Below, piece after piece: positions 1-10,719 of a stretch of DNA of 49,177 bases; position 1 is the first letter of the stretch; every line of letters starts with the position of its first letter. Made by a program: the position numbers and the translations under genes. Location of the stretch: the NCBI GenBank assembly GCA_050014495.1, contig JBEKDF010000021.1:1-49177 (forward strand), read 5' to 3'. The notes beneath the pieces are model-generated. The model had not been told where the DNA came from, did no database searches, and worked only from the letters and a program-made list of their open reading frames with translations. The DNA comes from Candidatus Bathyarchaeia archaeon (GTDB lineage Archaea; Thermoproteota; Bathyarchaeia; TCS64).

Positions 1-413
1 AGGTAAAGAGACTAAGTGAACATGTCGTGACTCCACCTAAGCTCAAAAATAGTGTGGGTAACGATTTCTTGTCATTTATCGAGGCGGCGAGTAATGCTTA
101 CACCAAGTTGGTCAATGAAGGCATACCCCGGGAAGATGCACGTTTTGTCTTGCCTAACGCAACTGAGACGAGTCTGCTTCTGACGATGGATGGCAGGAGC
201 CTTATGCACTTCTTCGGTTTGCGATTGTGTAATAGATCTCAGTGGGAAGTCAGGGAGGTGGCTGAAGAAATGCTAAATCAGGCAAGAGTGACTGAACCAG
301 AATTATTTGGGGGGACAGGTCCAAACTGTGTTCAGCTTGGTAAATGTCCGGAGGGGCGTTTCAATTGCGGAAGAGCCATGGAAATGATGACTCGTTACCA
401 TAAAGTCAAGTGA
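1..413 (+). CDS. thyX: FAD-dependent thymidylate synthase, 5'-truncated by window edge
   Basis: REDARFVLPNAT..., LRLCNRSQWEVRE and C-terminal GPNC-x4-CPEG motifs typical of ThyX; frame is open back to the window start. Confidence 0.9.
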   Translation, partial: VKRLSEHVVTPPKLKNSVGNDFLSFIEAASNAYTKLVNEGIPREDARFVLPNATETSLLLTMDGRSLMHFFGLRLCNRSQWEVREVAEEMLNQARVTEPELFGGTGPNCVQLGKCPEGRFNCGRAMEMMTRYHKVK

Positions 414-564
414 AGCATTTTATTCACAACAGAATAGACTTGCAAAAATCATTCAAACAAGTGTGCCAGAAACAAAAGTGAGAATTACCGCGTACGAAAT
501 TCAGTCACAGTTTACAACATTTTCTAGGTTTATTAATTAATGAGCAAAGAGCTCGACAAGAAGT

Positions 565-1644
565 TTAGTCGCATGGTTCCGGATCGCGCTCAAGGCTTCC
601 ACTAGTGCAATGGATGCTGCCACTGTTCCTCGGTCTTACCAAGCTGCCACACTCGACCTCAGTGACATCAACGCCTATGGATTCTAGCCACTTGACGTTC
701 TTAGGGTTCCCCATTGGGACCAAGATCTTCATGGGTCCAAGGACGACGCCTGTATCGGGGCCCTTCTTGAAGCCTCGTGAGTCGATGCTAACGAGGTCTT
801 CGGGTGGTGTGATAAAGTTCCACTTCATTTCTCTCCGCATCCATTCGACTAGATAGGGGTCATAGAAGCTAGGGTCAGCGACACTTGTATGGCGATCGAT
901 CATGCTATAGTGAATAGTACCCTTACGGGTACCATAACCCGGGCCGAGTCGGATGTCGACCTCTGGATCCTGTTGTTTGACTATGCGAGCATATTGTTCG
1001 TGTCCGGATTCATTAGCACGGTGGATATCAGGGTCAGCTGTGTTCCCACGTGGGTAGTGTACCTCAATGAGTAGGTGCTTCTCATCAAGCCATCCACATG
1101 GACCTCCCTCAACCATACCATTGCCCGTGATCATGCCGACGACTGGACAGCCTATCTTAGCTAGGGTCTGGTAAGTAGGCTTCTCCTCCCCTTTTCTGAT
1201 CCAGTCATACATACGGAGAATAACTTGGCCATAGACAGCGGGATGGCAGACATCATCTGTGTAGATAGCCTTAATCTGGTATGGAGGGTTGTTAGGGTCG
1301 GGTTCCCTGAAAATTACTCTGATCCCATTATCTTTATAGGCTTTGACTATGTTCTCGTGGTGCTCCGTGAGTTCTTTGAGGTCGGGTTTGAATGTCATGC
1401 GCCATGCGGCTAGACTTGTTTCGTGTGGTGGCCAAGGCGTTTTCTTGCCTACACTTAGGAACTCATTTCCTGGGCGATGGACGAGGACCGTGCGGAGTTT
1501 CCCTATACTCGTGTTAGCCTTCCATTCGCTTCCCCAGTATTTCGTCATTTCTTCCTCGAACTCGGAGAGGACCTGAGGGTGGAGCCTCGTGTAAATATCC
1601 TTCAATTCCTCCTCCGCATTCATCTTTTTCTTTATAGTAGGCAT
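565..1644 (-). CDS. Amidinotransferase / arginine deiminase / DDAH (pentein) superfamily protein
   Basis: IGKLRTVLVHRPG N-terminal motif, VEGG, C-terminal GSIHCTS catalytic Cys motif. Confidence 0.8.
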   Translation of the reverse strand: MPTIKKKMNAEEELKDIYTRLHPQVLSEFEEEMTKYWGSEWKANTSIGKLRTVLVHRPGNEFLSVGKKTPWPPHETSLAAWRMTFKPDLKELTEHHENIVKAYKDNGIRVIFREPDPNNPPYQIKAIYTDDVCHPAVYGQVILRMYDWIRKGEEKPTYQTLAKIGCPVVGMITGNGMVEGGPCGWLDEKHLLIEVHYPRGNTADPDIHRANESGHEQYARIVKQQDPEVDIRLGPGYGTRKGTIHYSMIDRHTSVADPSFYDPYLVEWMRREMKWNFITPPEDLVSIDSRGFKKGPDTGVVLGPMKILVPMGNPKNVKWLESIGVDVTEVECGSLVRPRNSGSIHCTSGSLERDPEPCD

Positions 1645-2116
1645 TTCAATCGGATAGATGTGCTGAGGAGTGCTTAAAACACCTGTCCTTTCGAGGTAAG
1701 ACTGTAACGTGTAGCAGGGTTGAATGGGATGTACCTTTTTGAAGGATTATTAATTAGTTTATGCGCGCATTGGCATTCGCGTTGAGATTCATGTAAGAAA
1801 GGGGGATGTCACGGGAGTTGCTTATTCTTTTGAATGATTCGTAGCACTGCATCCATTCATAGGATGATCTTACTCCACTGGATTTGGTTCCCGAGTGCTT
1901 GTAGTGGGAGGATTGAGATCTTCTTTTTTGCATTGATATCAAATTTGTAAGGCGTTGTTCACCACTTGACCACTGGTAAATGGATTGTAGTTTTAGTGGT
2001 ATTCGGTGAATCTTCATTTTTATGTATCTGGGGGATAAAATGCGATTTAAAGTATGCATAAAATTCACCGCTTGAGAAATAATTAATGATGAGTAAATGA
2101 TGACGGCCTTGTTTTT

Positions 2117-2566
2117 TTAAACGACTGGAATATCCAGTGGCCAGGCTTCTCCAATTTGTTGTCCAAATGCTGGAAGTGATGCATGCCAATGCAAAATCTT
2201 CCATTCCTTACCCAATTTTTTCATGATGATTGTAAGCCTAGTTGGTAGGTGAATCTCCCTAGACCCTAATCTAGCATAGAAGGCAGCCTCTACCGTAGCC
2301 CATGCGAATTTCCTCTCAGCAGAGATCGACTTCCAATTGTAGACGATTGAACTTGCCTCCGATTGGGCCCAGTCACGTTTAAACAAGGATCTCACCTCGC
2401 TTTTTCCGACCTTCTTCTCATCAGTACCAGTTCCTATAACTATAATATCCTCATCATTGGAGAAGAGAGACATCATCTTATCCAGATCCCTTTCCTCGAA
2501 AGCCTCAGCAACCTTATCTAAAGTTGATAATACCCCTAACTCCGTTTCCTTTGTCAGTTTCATCAT
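2117..2566 (-). CDS. SnoaL/NTF2-like protein
   Basis: DLDKMMSLFS..D..VIGT pattern and C-terminal WKILHWHAS. Confidence 0.8.
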   Translation of the reverse strand: MMKLTKETELGVLSTLDKVAEAFEERDLDKMMSLFSNDEDIIVIGTGTDEKKVGKSEVRSLFKRDWAQSEASSIVYNWKSISAERKFAWATVEAAFYARLGSREIHLPTRLTIIMKKLGKEWKILHWHASLPAFGQQIGEAWPLDIPVV

Positions 2567-2777
2567 ATACCTCCTCAGCTACACTACTATCCCTAAGGAT
2601 AATCAGTTTAAACGCCAACACGCTACCCGATTAAACATAAGCTTCAGCCGAGGATAAGATTATCTAGGTAATCATAGTCTCCGTTCTAGATCTTAATTAC
2701 GGCTCGTAAAAATCGGTGTATTACGCACGTAATTTTGTATCTCCACGCTTTTAACCGTCTAGCAACACTCATCCCTC

Positions 2778-4235
2778 ATGTCTCTGGGAATTAGGGGTAA
2801 ATTCGTCATTGGATTCGATGGCGTCGAGCACAGGATAATACACAACGGAGTTGTGGTCGTCGAGGGAAAGAGGATCAAGCACATTGGAAGAGGCTATGAT
2901 GGAAAGGTCGATAGATGGATCGACGCATCAACTGGGCTCGTGATACCGGGACTCATAAATACCCACATTCATGCAGCGACAGCACCAAAGGATAGAGGCT
3001 TTATCGATGACACTGGCGCCCGCCACTTCTACATGAGTAGCCTCGGTGAAAACCTCTCCGCCCTTGGTGATGCCATGAGAGGATCCGACTATGAGATATT
3101 CGCAAGGTTCAGTTTAGCAGAGTGCCTCAAGAGTGGGAACACTACGATCGTCGAGATCAGCATGGTGCCGAACCTCGGCGCTGATAAGGCGGTTAAAATC
3201 ATCGATGAACTCGGCATAAGAGCAACTGAGAGCCCTATTGTTGCAGATGGTGTTTGGGATAGGAGTCAAGCCGCTGACCTCCGGACAAGGTGGATCGGTC
3301 TGGAAACGGGGCTAAAGAAGCTCGATGAGGCGGAGAGATTCGCCAAAACTTATGCAGGCGCATGCGAAGGACGCCTTATTCCAGCAATCTATGGTGATAC
3401 TGTCGATAAGTGTAGTGCTGACCTCCAAAAAGCGATTCGTGCTAAGGTAAACGAGTTGAAAGTACCTGTAACAATTCACGCAGGACAGTGGGTAGTGGAG
3501 TTTAACAATATGCTTAGAATGTATCGCAGGACGCCCATAGAATTCCTCAGTGACACAGGGCTTCTAGCTCCCGACTTAATAGTTGGCCACGGTTGGGCAA
3601 TTGCGGGTCACCCACTGGTTAGTTATCCACCAGTCGATGGTGGGGACCTCGGTATCCTGGCAAGAAGCGGAGCGACTGTGAGTCACGACCCCCTCGTCTT
3701 CGTCAAGCGTGGGAACAAGATGCACAGCCATACCGCATACCTCAAGGCAGGTGTCAATGTCAGCATAGGAACGGACACCGTACCTCAAGATCTTCTCAAT
3801 GAGATGAGAATGGCAAGTTATATGTCGAAACTTGCGGATTGGGACTGCCATAGTGGAGCTAGCAAGGATATATTCAATAGCGCTACCCTCGGAGGAGCTA
3901 ATGGCTTGGGCAGGAGCGATCTTGGTCGCCTAACACCAGGCGCACTAGCCGACATCACCATCGTTGACATGGAGACCTTCAACGGCGTCCCCTACCGCGA
4001 TCCCATAAAGAATCTAATAAACAGCAACCAGCGCAGCGATGTCAAATGGGTTATAGTTGATGGAAAAATAGTTGTTGAAAACGGTAAGCTCACAACGATA
4101 GATGAGAGGAAACTTCTAAGGGATGTCCAGATGGCTGGAGAAGACATCTGGGCTCGAATACCTGAGCACCACTACCTAAAACAAACTGCTGACGAGGTTT
4201 CTCCGCTCAGCTTCAAACTCTGGGAAGAAGATTAA
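2778..4235 (+). CDS. Metal-dependent amidohydrolase (chlorohydrolase/deaminase-like)
   Basis: PGLINTHIH metal motif, IHAGQ, VSIGTD, GRLTPGALADI. Confidence 0.85.
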   Translation: MSLGIRGKFVIGFDGVEHRIIHNGVVVVEGKRIKHIGRGYDGKVDRWIDASTGLVIPGLINTHIHAATAPKDRGFIDDTGARHFYMSSLGENLSALGDAMRGSDYEIFARFSLAECLKSGNTTIVEISMVPNLGADKAVKIIDELGIRATESPIVADGVWDRSQAADLRTRWIGLETGLKKLDEAERFAKTYAGACEGRLIPAIYGDTVDKCSADLQKAIRAKVNELKVPVTIHAGQWVVEFNNMLRMYRRTPIEFLSDTGLLAPDLIVGHGWAIAGHPLVSYPPVDGGDLGILARSGATVSHDPLVFVKRGNKMHSHTAYLKAGVNVSIGTDTVPQDLLNEMRMASYMSKLADWDCHSGASKDIFNSATLGGANGLGRSDLGRLTPGALADITIVDMETFNGVPYRDPIKNLINSNQRSDVKWVIVDGKIVVENGKLTTIDERKLLRDVQMAGEDIWARIPEHHYLKQTADEVSPLSFKLWEED

Positions 4236-4242
4236 ATGGGAG

Positions 4243-4845
4243 TCACTGAGACTCCCTGAAAGCCTCAGCTCCAAGCCTGAACGCTCTCATATTCAGCTCT
4301 AGGAACCTCGATGAGATAGACTCTTTCATCCTTGTGGTTATCTCCTCGTCCTCGAATGGTAGGATGTGCGATTCAGCGAGTGCTCCCAGCATCACAATAT
4401 TCGTGGCAATGGGATCACCAGCCTTCTCGGCGATGCTCGTTGCATCGAAGACAGCCACCTTGCTTGAAACCTGTCTGAGGAGTCTTAGCAACTCCTCCTG
4501 CTTAGGGTATTTGCGAATCCCACTTATCACCTCGACTGGGGGTATCTTCTTACTATTTACTATGGCGAGTCCCCCCTGCTTGAGATAGGTGATTCCCCTC
4601 CTTGTGGCTTCAGCGAGCTCAAATCCTAGGAGTGCATCCGCTTCACCCGGCCTGATCTGGGGGGAGTATACATCACCAATCTGAATGTGGCCCATTACCG
4701 GACCGCCCCTCTGTGCCATACCATAGGTCTCGCCTATGCGGACTCTGAGCCCCTTCTTTATGGCTGTCTCCGCGATGAGTCGCGTCGCCAGCAGGGTTCC
4801 TTGGCCACCGACGCCAGCGATTACTACGCGAGTCGTCTTCATCAC
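4243..4845 (-). CDS. iorB: Indolepyruvate:ferredoxin oxidoreductase beta subunit
   Basis: GVGGQG, ETYGMAQRGG, NIVMLGAL; 4-nt overlap with iorA. Confidence 0.93.
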   Translation of the reverse strand: MMKTTRVVIAGVGGQGTLLATRLIAETAIKKGLRVRIGETYGMAQRGGPVMGHIQIGDVYSPQIRPGEADALLGFELAEATRRGITYLKQGGLAIVNSKKIPPVEVISGIRKYPKQEELLRLLRQVSSKVAVFDATSIAEKAGDPIATNIVMLGALAESHILPFEDEEITTRMKESISSRFLELNMRAFRLGAEAFRESQ

Positions 4846-6734
4846 TCGTCCCTCTCATGAATGCAGCCGACACTGCAAACTTGGGCGCAGACGCCGCATC
4901 CCATACAGATCGTCTTATCGATGCTCGCCTTCTTCTTCTCCTCATCAAAGTTGAGTCCGGGGCATCCAAATGTGTTCAGACATATCTTGCAACCGACGCA
5001 CTCAGATTCGTTAACCTCGTATGGGATGGGACGCTTCGGTCTCATCCGTCTGATTGCCTCGGTGGCGCAGATACGCCTGCTGATGACCAAGGCGACTCCT
5101 TCAGTCTGAAGCATTCTCTTGAACGCTGCTTCGGTTGCCGTTGTATCATATGCGTCCGTGACCTCGATATGCTCTACACCCACAGCCTTGGCGATGGCTT
5201 CGATAGAGATACTCTTCGTGGTTTCACCCGTCGCCGTCTTTCCTGATTGAGGGTTAGGCTGGAACCCTGTCATTGCAGTGACACTGTTATCAGCGACCAC
5301 CACCTTGATGTTCGTCTTCGTTTGCACAGCATTCATAAGGGCGGGTATGGCTGCGTGGAAGAAAGTGCCATCACCTATCCAAGCAATGGTGTCAACTCCG
5401 ACCTGACTCATTCCCTGGCTGACTCCTATACTTGCGCCCATGCAGAAGTAGGTATCCTCGTAGTTCATTGGCGGTGCCCATGCCAGGCCATAACATCCGA
5501 TGTCCCCGTTTATGACTACTTTATGTATGTCTCCCTTAACAGCCTTGACAGCGCGCTTGAGGGCGTAGATGCTCGATCTGTGTGGGCACCCAGCGCATAC
5601 CGTGAGCATCCTCCCGAAGATCATATCATTCGCCTCCTTCTCTAATTCCGCACGTGGACTAGGAGGCAGCTCCTCACCAAGCATTTCGGCTATCGCATTA
5701 TCAACCATAAGGGGCATCAGCTCACCTTCACCTGGGAGTTTACCATTGAGGCGCCCATAGAGCAAGACCTTCGGATTCACGTCCTTCGCAAGCGCCTTCA
5801 CGTGTAACTCAACGAATGGGTCCGGCTCTTCGGTAACTAGGAGCTTGTTCACACCCTTGAGGAGTTTCGAGATGAGTCCCTCGGGGAGTGGGTTCGAGGT
5901 GCCGAGTTTGAGAACTGCGACCTTATCCTTAGCTCCGATCTTAATGAGAGCGTCCATAACGTAGTTGTAGGTCTGTCCTGTCGCAATGATACCTACTTTC
6001 TCTTTCCCCGACATCGTCAGTTTGTTCAGCGGAGAGGAATCGAAATCTACCATGATCTTAGCGATCTTCTCGTTCGCTTCCTTCTCTCTGCCATAGAAGA
6101 GCTTGTCAAAACCTGCAACGACATAGCTGAACTGTTCAAAATCAAACTTCGCCTCTCTGTCTAATCTCTGGAGCTTTCCTAGTACGACGTTACTCCTCAT
6201 GTGACTGACGCGGGTCACTGTGCGAAGCATGACGGGGAGCCGATACTTCTCGGATAACTCATATGCGTATAAAGTGAAGTCTTTTGCATCCTGTGGATCG
6301 CTAGGCTCGAGAGAGGGGACACAGTTCTGCTTCGCTAGCCACCTCTGGTCCTGCTCCTGCCCGCTGCTATGTTGGCTGGGGTCGTCAGCTGAAACAAAAA
6401 CGAGACCTCCCTTAACTCCACGTAGTGCTGCCATCTCCAGGATGTCTAACGCCACGTTAAGACCAACATGTTTCATGCTCACCATGCTACGCTGGTTGCA
6501 CATTGAAGCCCCGTAAGCTACCTCAAAGGCAACCTTCTCGTTCGTCGACCACTCGAAGTGGATACCCATCTCCTTAGCAACCTCAGCGAAGGTGTTCCCT
6601 ATCTCAGAAGCCGGTGTCCCCGGGTACGATGTCGCGATCCTAATACCCGCCTCCAACGCACCACGGACAATCGCCTCATTACCCATGAGGAGAACCATTT
6701 CACCCACCTTATCCAAGGTTACTGGGTTACTCAT
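4842..6734 (-). CDS. iorA: Indolepyruvate:ferredoxin oxidoreductase alpha subunit
   Basis: GNEAIVRGA, YPGTP, NEKVA, MKHVGLNVA, CAGCPH, TPP motif GDGTFFH, C-terminal 2x[4Fe-4S] motifs. Confidence 0.95.
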   Translation of the reverse strand: MSNPVTLDKVGEMVLLMGNEAIVRGALEAGIRIATSYPGTPASEIGNTFAEVAKEMGIHFEWSTNEKVAFEVAYGASMCNQRSMVSMKHVGLNVALDILEMAALRGVKGGLVFVSADDPSQHSSGQEQDQRWLAKQNCVPSLEPSDPQDAKDFTLYAYELSEKYRLPVMLRTVTRVSHMRSNVVLGKLQRLDREAKFDFEQFSYVVAGFDKLFYGREKEANEKIAKIMVDFDSSPLNKLTMSGKEKVGIIATGQTYNYVMDALIKIGAKDKVAVLKLGTSNPLPEGLISKLLKGVNKLLVTEEPDPFVELHVKALAKDVNPKVLLYGRLNGKLPGEGELMPLMVDNAIAEMLGEELPPSPRAELEKEANDMIFGRMLTVCAGCPHRSSIYALKRAVKAVKGDIHKVVINGDIGCYGLAWAPPMNYEDTYFCMGASIGVSQGMSQVGVDTIAWIGDGTFFHAAIPALMNAVQTKTNIKVVVADNSVTAMTGFQPNPQSGKTATGETTKSISIEAIAKAVGVEHIEVTDAYDTTATEAAFKRMLQTEGVALVISRRICATEAIRRMRPKRPIPYEVNESECVGCKICLNTFGCPGLNFDEEKKKASIDKTICMGCGVCAQVCSVGCIHERDE

Positions 6735-6788
6735 GGGTGTAGCCTAACCACTGAACTATTTATTAATCCACACCCCCCACCTCCCCAT

Positions 6789-7835
6789 ATGGTACTAAAG
6801 AAGAGAAGACTTGGAAAGACCGGTCTTCAGGTCACCAAGATTGGCTTCGGCGGTATACCCATACAAAGGGTCTCCGAGGAGGAAGCAATCAGAGTCGTCA
6901 AGCGGTGTTATGAGTTAGGCATCAATTATTATGACACGGCCCGCGGCTACACTACAAGTGAGGAGCGAATCGGAAAGGCCCTCGATGGTGTGAGAGATAA
7001 TATCTTCATAGCAACGAAGAGCCATGCTAGGACGGCGAAGGAACTTCGTGAGAACCTTGAGACAAGTCTCAGAAACCTCCGGACAGACTACCTCGATCTT
7101 TACCAGCTCCACAATGTTACAGATGATGTGTGGAAAACAATTAACGCCTCAGGCGGGGCTTTCGAGGAGATCTTGAGGATCAAGGAGGAGGGAATTGCCC
7201 GTCATATAGGTGTGACAAGCCACAGCCCCACTTTCCTAACTAGAATTGTTGGAGAGGGTAGCCCATTTGAGACCGTCATGGTCGGTTACAATTACATCGC
7301 TCTTGAGCCCTCGAAGGAGCTTCTCCCCACCTGTAAGAAGATGGATGTTGGCACAATTATAATGAAGCCGTTCGGGGGTGGAGCGTTTACAAACGCGAAC
7401 ACCGCCCTCAAGTTCGTGCTTGCTAACGAAAATGCGGACTGCACAATCCCCGGAATGCAAAGTGTCTCTGAGGTTGATGAGAACGTCGCCGTCTGCGGTG
7501 GAAGTCTAAACCTCGCGAAGGATGAGCTCGACTCAATAGAGATGGACCGAGCCGCGCTAGGTGAAGAATTCTGCGCTGCCTGCGACTATTGCCAGCCCTG
7601 TCCGGTTGGTATTCCAATCAGCTTCGTACTTCGTACCGAGATGAGCAGCCTAAGGCGTATGGGTTGGACTGAAGGCACAGTAAAACAAACAAGGGAGACC
7701 GCACTAAAGGTAACGGCCTGCCTCGACTGTGGAGCATGCGAGACCAGATGCCCTTACCAACTCCCAATCAGGAAACTGCTTCCTGAAAAGATGGACGCCT
7801 TACTCAAACGCCTTGAGGAGCGGAGCATACCCTAA
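6789..7835 (+). CDS. Aldo/keto reductase with C-terminal Fe-S domain
   Basis: RLGKTGL..IGFGG, YYDTARGY, ATK, DLYQLH; CxxCxxCxxCP and CxxCxxCxxxCP at the C-terminus. Start set at ATG 6789 because the longer track ORF overlaps iorA. Confidence 0.9.
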   Translation: MVLKKRRLGKTGLQVTKIGFGGIPIQRVSEEEAIRVVKRCYELGINYYDTARGYTTSEERIGKALDGVRDNIFIATKSHARTAKELRENLETSLRNLRTDYLDLYQLHNVTDDVWKTINASGGAFEEILRIKEEGIARHIGVTSHSPTFLTRIVGEGSPFETVMVGYNYIALEPSKELLPTCKKMDVGTIIMKPFGGGAFTNANTALKFVLANENADCTIPGMQSVSEVDENVAVCGGSLNLAKDELDSIEMDRAALGEEFCAACDYCQPCPVGIPISFVLRTEMSSLRRMGWTEGTVKQTRETALKVTACLDCGACETRCPYQLPIRKLLPEKMDALLKRLEERSIP

Positions 7836-8021
7836 AAATAAATTTTTAAAAACTGCTAATTTTTAATGGACTTATTATTTAAACAATAGACCATTAACAG
7901 AATACCAGGAAAAACCTAGTTTTTTTTAAAGAGCATTGGCTCAAGGTTGCTTAGGCTCACACAGACCCAATGCTTTCGAATGGGGAAGGTGATAAAACCA
8001 CCCTCCACCTCTTTTTACAAT

Positions 8022-9317
8022 ATGAGCATCTCAAAGGTTTTAGCAGAAGCCGATAAGGCATCAAAAGAAGTGGCCGAACTCACATCAGGGCTCGTTAAGT
8101 TCAATAGCGCTCACCCAGATGGGCGCACCGACGAGATAGTACCCTACATAGCCGAGTATCTCGACAAATACGGGATCGCACATGAGGTTCATGCCAAAGA
8201 TCCTAAGAAGCCTAACATTGTGGGCAAACTTGCGGGTAAGTCTAATCATAAGATTCTCTGGGTGGGGCACATGGATGTTGTCCCCGAGGGAAAACCAGAG
8301 GCATGGAAGTACCCCGCCTACGATGGTGTGATAAAGGGCGGCAACGTCCACGGCAGGGGTAGCAGCGATATGAAGGGGAGCTGTGCAGCTGCTATGGTCA
8401 GCGCTCGGATACTCAGTAAGATGAAGATCCCCAATCCTATCGAGTTTTGGTTCACGGCCGATGAGGAGATCGGTGGTGGAGCTGGGGCAAAATGGCTCGC
8501 CGAGTCGGGTCGCTTTAAAGGTGAGGTATGTGTCATAGGCGATGGCAATGGAGGTAGCGCTGAGAATCCGAGCATCGACCTCGGCTGTAAGGGTGGCGCG
8601 CAGACACGGTTAATCGCAAAGGGTAAGACCGCACATGGCAGCACACCTTACCTCGGAGACAACGCGATCACCAAACTCATCAAGGTTATCCCCGAGGTCT
8701 ACAAGATAGGTAACTTCAGGCTTGAGCTACCCGAGGATCTAGACAAGCCAATCAGGGATAGTGTGAAATTCTATATTGGTGATGCGAAGACACCAGAGCT
8801 ACAGAAAGCTGTGAGGCGACTCTTCAATTATCCAACAGTGACATGCAACATAATCAATGGCGGCGTCAAGATTAACGTCGTCCCAGACTATGCTGAAGCG
8901 GAGTTCGACATTCGCTTAACACCTGGAGCCAGTGTCTCAGCTGTAAGAAAGGAGATCGATCGCATAGTGAAAGCAGCGGGGGTCTCCGGCGTCGAGGTAG
9001 CTGCTGGGAGTGAAACACACGCGAAGGCCTCGGGCAAGTCAGGCGATCAAGCCGGGTTCTACGAGAGTCCAGATACCGTCTTCGCCAAACAGCTCTCTAA
9101 AACGATAAGAAAGGCTATAGGGAAAAAACCGGGCATGAAGATTCTCACGGGTGGGACTGACGGCATAAGCACGAGCAAGATTGCAGGAATACCCAGTCTT
9201 GGCTACGGTACGAGCCTCAATGGTGTCGCTCATCAACCTAATGAGTACATAACCATAGAGAACCTCGTCCTAGGTATCAAGGTCTACTCAGCCTTCCCCT
9301 ATTTCTATAAACCATAA
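8022..9317 (+). CDS. M20 family metallopeptidase/deacylase (ArgE/DapE-like)
   Basis: GHMDVVP, GRGSSDMKG, DEEIGG, GGTDG, AHQPNE; likely start ATG 8022. Confidence 0.9.
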   Translation: MSISKVLAEADKASKEVAELTSGLVKFNSAHPDGRTDEIVPYIAEYLDKYGIAHEVHAKDPKKPNIVGKLAGKSNHKILWVGHMDVVPEGKPEAWKYPAYDGVIKGGNVHGRGSSDMKGSCAAAMVSARILSKMKIPNPIEFWFTADEEIGGGAGAKWLAESGRFKGEVCVIGDGNGGSAENPSIDLGCKGGAQTRLIAKGKTAHGSTPYLGDNAITKLIKVIPEVYKIGNFRLELPEDLDKPIRDSVKFYIGDAKTPELQKAVRRLFNYPTVTCNIINGGVKINVVPDYAEAEFDIRLTPGASVSAVRKEIDRIVKAAGVSGVEVAAGSETHAKASGKSGDQAGFYESPDTVFAKQLSKTIRKAIGKKPGMKILTGGTDGISTSKIAGIPSLGYGTSLNGVAHQPNEYITIENLVLGIKVYSAFPYFYKP

Positions 9318-9460
9318 CTCTCCACGCACAACCATTATCCAAATTTTTATTATTCCCGACTATTTTCGATTAAATGGAATTAAGTCGATAACACTGTGAA
9401 CGAGTAAAAGTTTTTTTAAATACTTGATTAACGGAAAGAACCTTAGTCTAAAGAAAATAG

Positions 9461-10036
9461 TCAGCTGAGGCTTCGAGGTTTTGCAACTATCTCTCTAATC
9501 TCCATCTCATAGAACTTCCTAGGGTATGCAGGTTTCACAATTATACATGTGTCGGAGCCCTCAGATGTGCCGGCGATAGCCATAACTTCCCTATCCACCG
9601 GGATCAGCCCGGCGTCCGCTGCCATTAGAACGATCTCTACGCAGACCTTCATCCCCTGCCCGAACCGATAAAGGGTATCTCTTACGATCTCCTCGATGCT
9701 TTTCCCACCACTTTTCTCAGTGAAGCTACTCGCAACACCATCGCCGAGGGCGTGGCTCGCAACAAGAGGTATAATTCCCGACTTTTGCAGCCGCTTCTTT
9801 TCAGAATCGGTGAAGCACCAGCCATTTTCCTTATAACCATGGGCTATCCCGACAGCAACAAAGTTCAGATTAGGGTTAGCAAAAACCTCCTTCGCTCTGA
9901 TGGCAGTGCCACCGTGTGTGGATGCGATGACCACATCTTTGATTTTTAGCTCCTCCGCGCGTTTTTTAGCCGCGGTGAGCACAAGTTCAGTGTTGTTTCT
10001 GCCAGTCGACTCAAAGTACAAAATCGTCTTCTCCAA
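9461..10036 (-). CDS. Archaeal pyruvate-kinase C-terminal-like domain protein
   Basis: YF...G..NT, VVIASTHGGTA, FGQGMKVCVEIVLMAADAG. Confidence 0.8.
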   Translation of the reverse strand: MEKTILYFESTGRNNTELVLTAAKKRAEELKIKDVVIASTHGGTAIRAKEVFANPNLNFVAVGIAHGYKENGWCFTDSEKKRLQKSGIIPLVASHALGDGVASSFTEKSGGKSIEEIVRDTLYRFGQGMKVCVEIVLMAADAGLIPVDREVMAIAGTSEGSDTCIIVKPAYPRKFYEMEIREIVAKPRSLS

Positions 10037-10088
10037 ATCTGTTACACCTATTGTATGAACATTGATACCGCTGATAAGTTAATTGAGG

Positions 10089-10164
10089 TGGCGCGGCCGG
10101 CAGGATTCGAACCCGCGACCATGGGCTCCGAAGGCCCACGCTCTATCCGCTAAGCTACGGCCGC
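10089..10164 (-). tRNA. tRNA-Arg(TCG), CCA encoded
   Basis: Reverse complement folds as a cloverleaf: GCGGCCG acceptor stem, TGGGC-CTTCGGA-GCCCA anticodon arm, GGTTCGAATCC T-arm, ends GCCA. Confidence 0.95.
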
Positions 10165-10230
10165 ACCAGCAGGGATGGAAGCCCCAACACAGTTAAGCGT
10201 TACCACCGCAGGAGAACCCATAATAAGTCA

Positions 10231-10719
10231 GTGTCGGACGAATACACCGAAAAGGGAACTCTGATGCACGAGGAGAGGCTCGCGAAAGCTGCGGAGATAA
10301 GAGTCTTCGCCTATGCCACTGAGGATGAGGAGAAGGTCAAACAGGCTGTAAAGATAATAGCCCCGTACGAGCATATATTCGAATCTCAGCGCCTCTCAGG
10401 TCACTTTGAAGATCCAATAATTCTTCTCATATCTAAGACAAAAAAGAAGCAAGACGCTATAGTTCTACTAGCTAACGTAATCAATAAGCTCTCAAGTCTC
10501 GACAAGCAGATCCTTTTAGACGAGCTCTCAAATCATTTGGATCCTCAGGGTAATCTCTACATAAGGCTCGATAAACAGAAAGCATACAATGGCAAACTTA
10601 CCCTTCATGAAAATGACCCCATACGCATTAAGATTAAATTTCAGCTTCCCCACAAGGCTGACCACGTTGTCGTTATAAGGGAGCAGATCATCAATCTGGA
10701 GGATAACGATAAAGAATGA
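10231..10719 (+). CDS. Predicted RNA-binding protein (DUF54/UPF0201-like)
   Basis: ATEDEEKV, GHFEDPI, LYIRLDKQ motifs; usual position before rnp3. Confidence 0.8.
   Translation: MSDEYTEKGTLMHEERLAKAAEIRVFAYATEDEEKVKQAVKIIAPYEHIFESQRLSGHFEDPIILLISKTKKKQDAIVLLANVINKLSSLDKQILLDELSNHLDPQGNLYIRLDKQKAYNGKLTLHENDPIRIKIKFQLPHKADHVVVIREQIINLEDNDKE

Noticed and set aside
1754..2204. ORFs 1754-2068 and 1959-2204 (minus)
   Set aside because: No recognisable motifs, low-complexity AT-rich sequence, and overlap with the SnoaL gene; probably non-coding
6558..6788. N-terminal extension of the aldo/keto reductase ORF
   Set aside because: Overlaps the iorA start on the opposite strand; family similarity begins at ATG 6789
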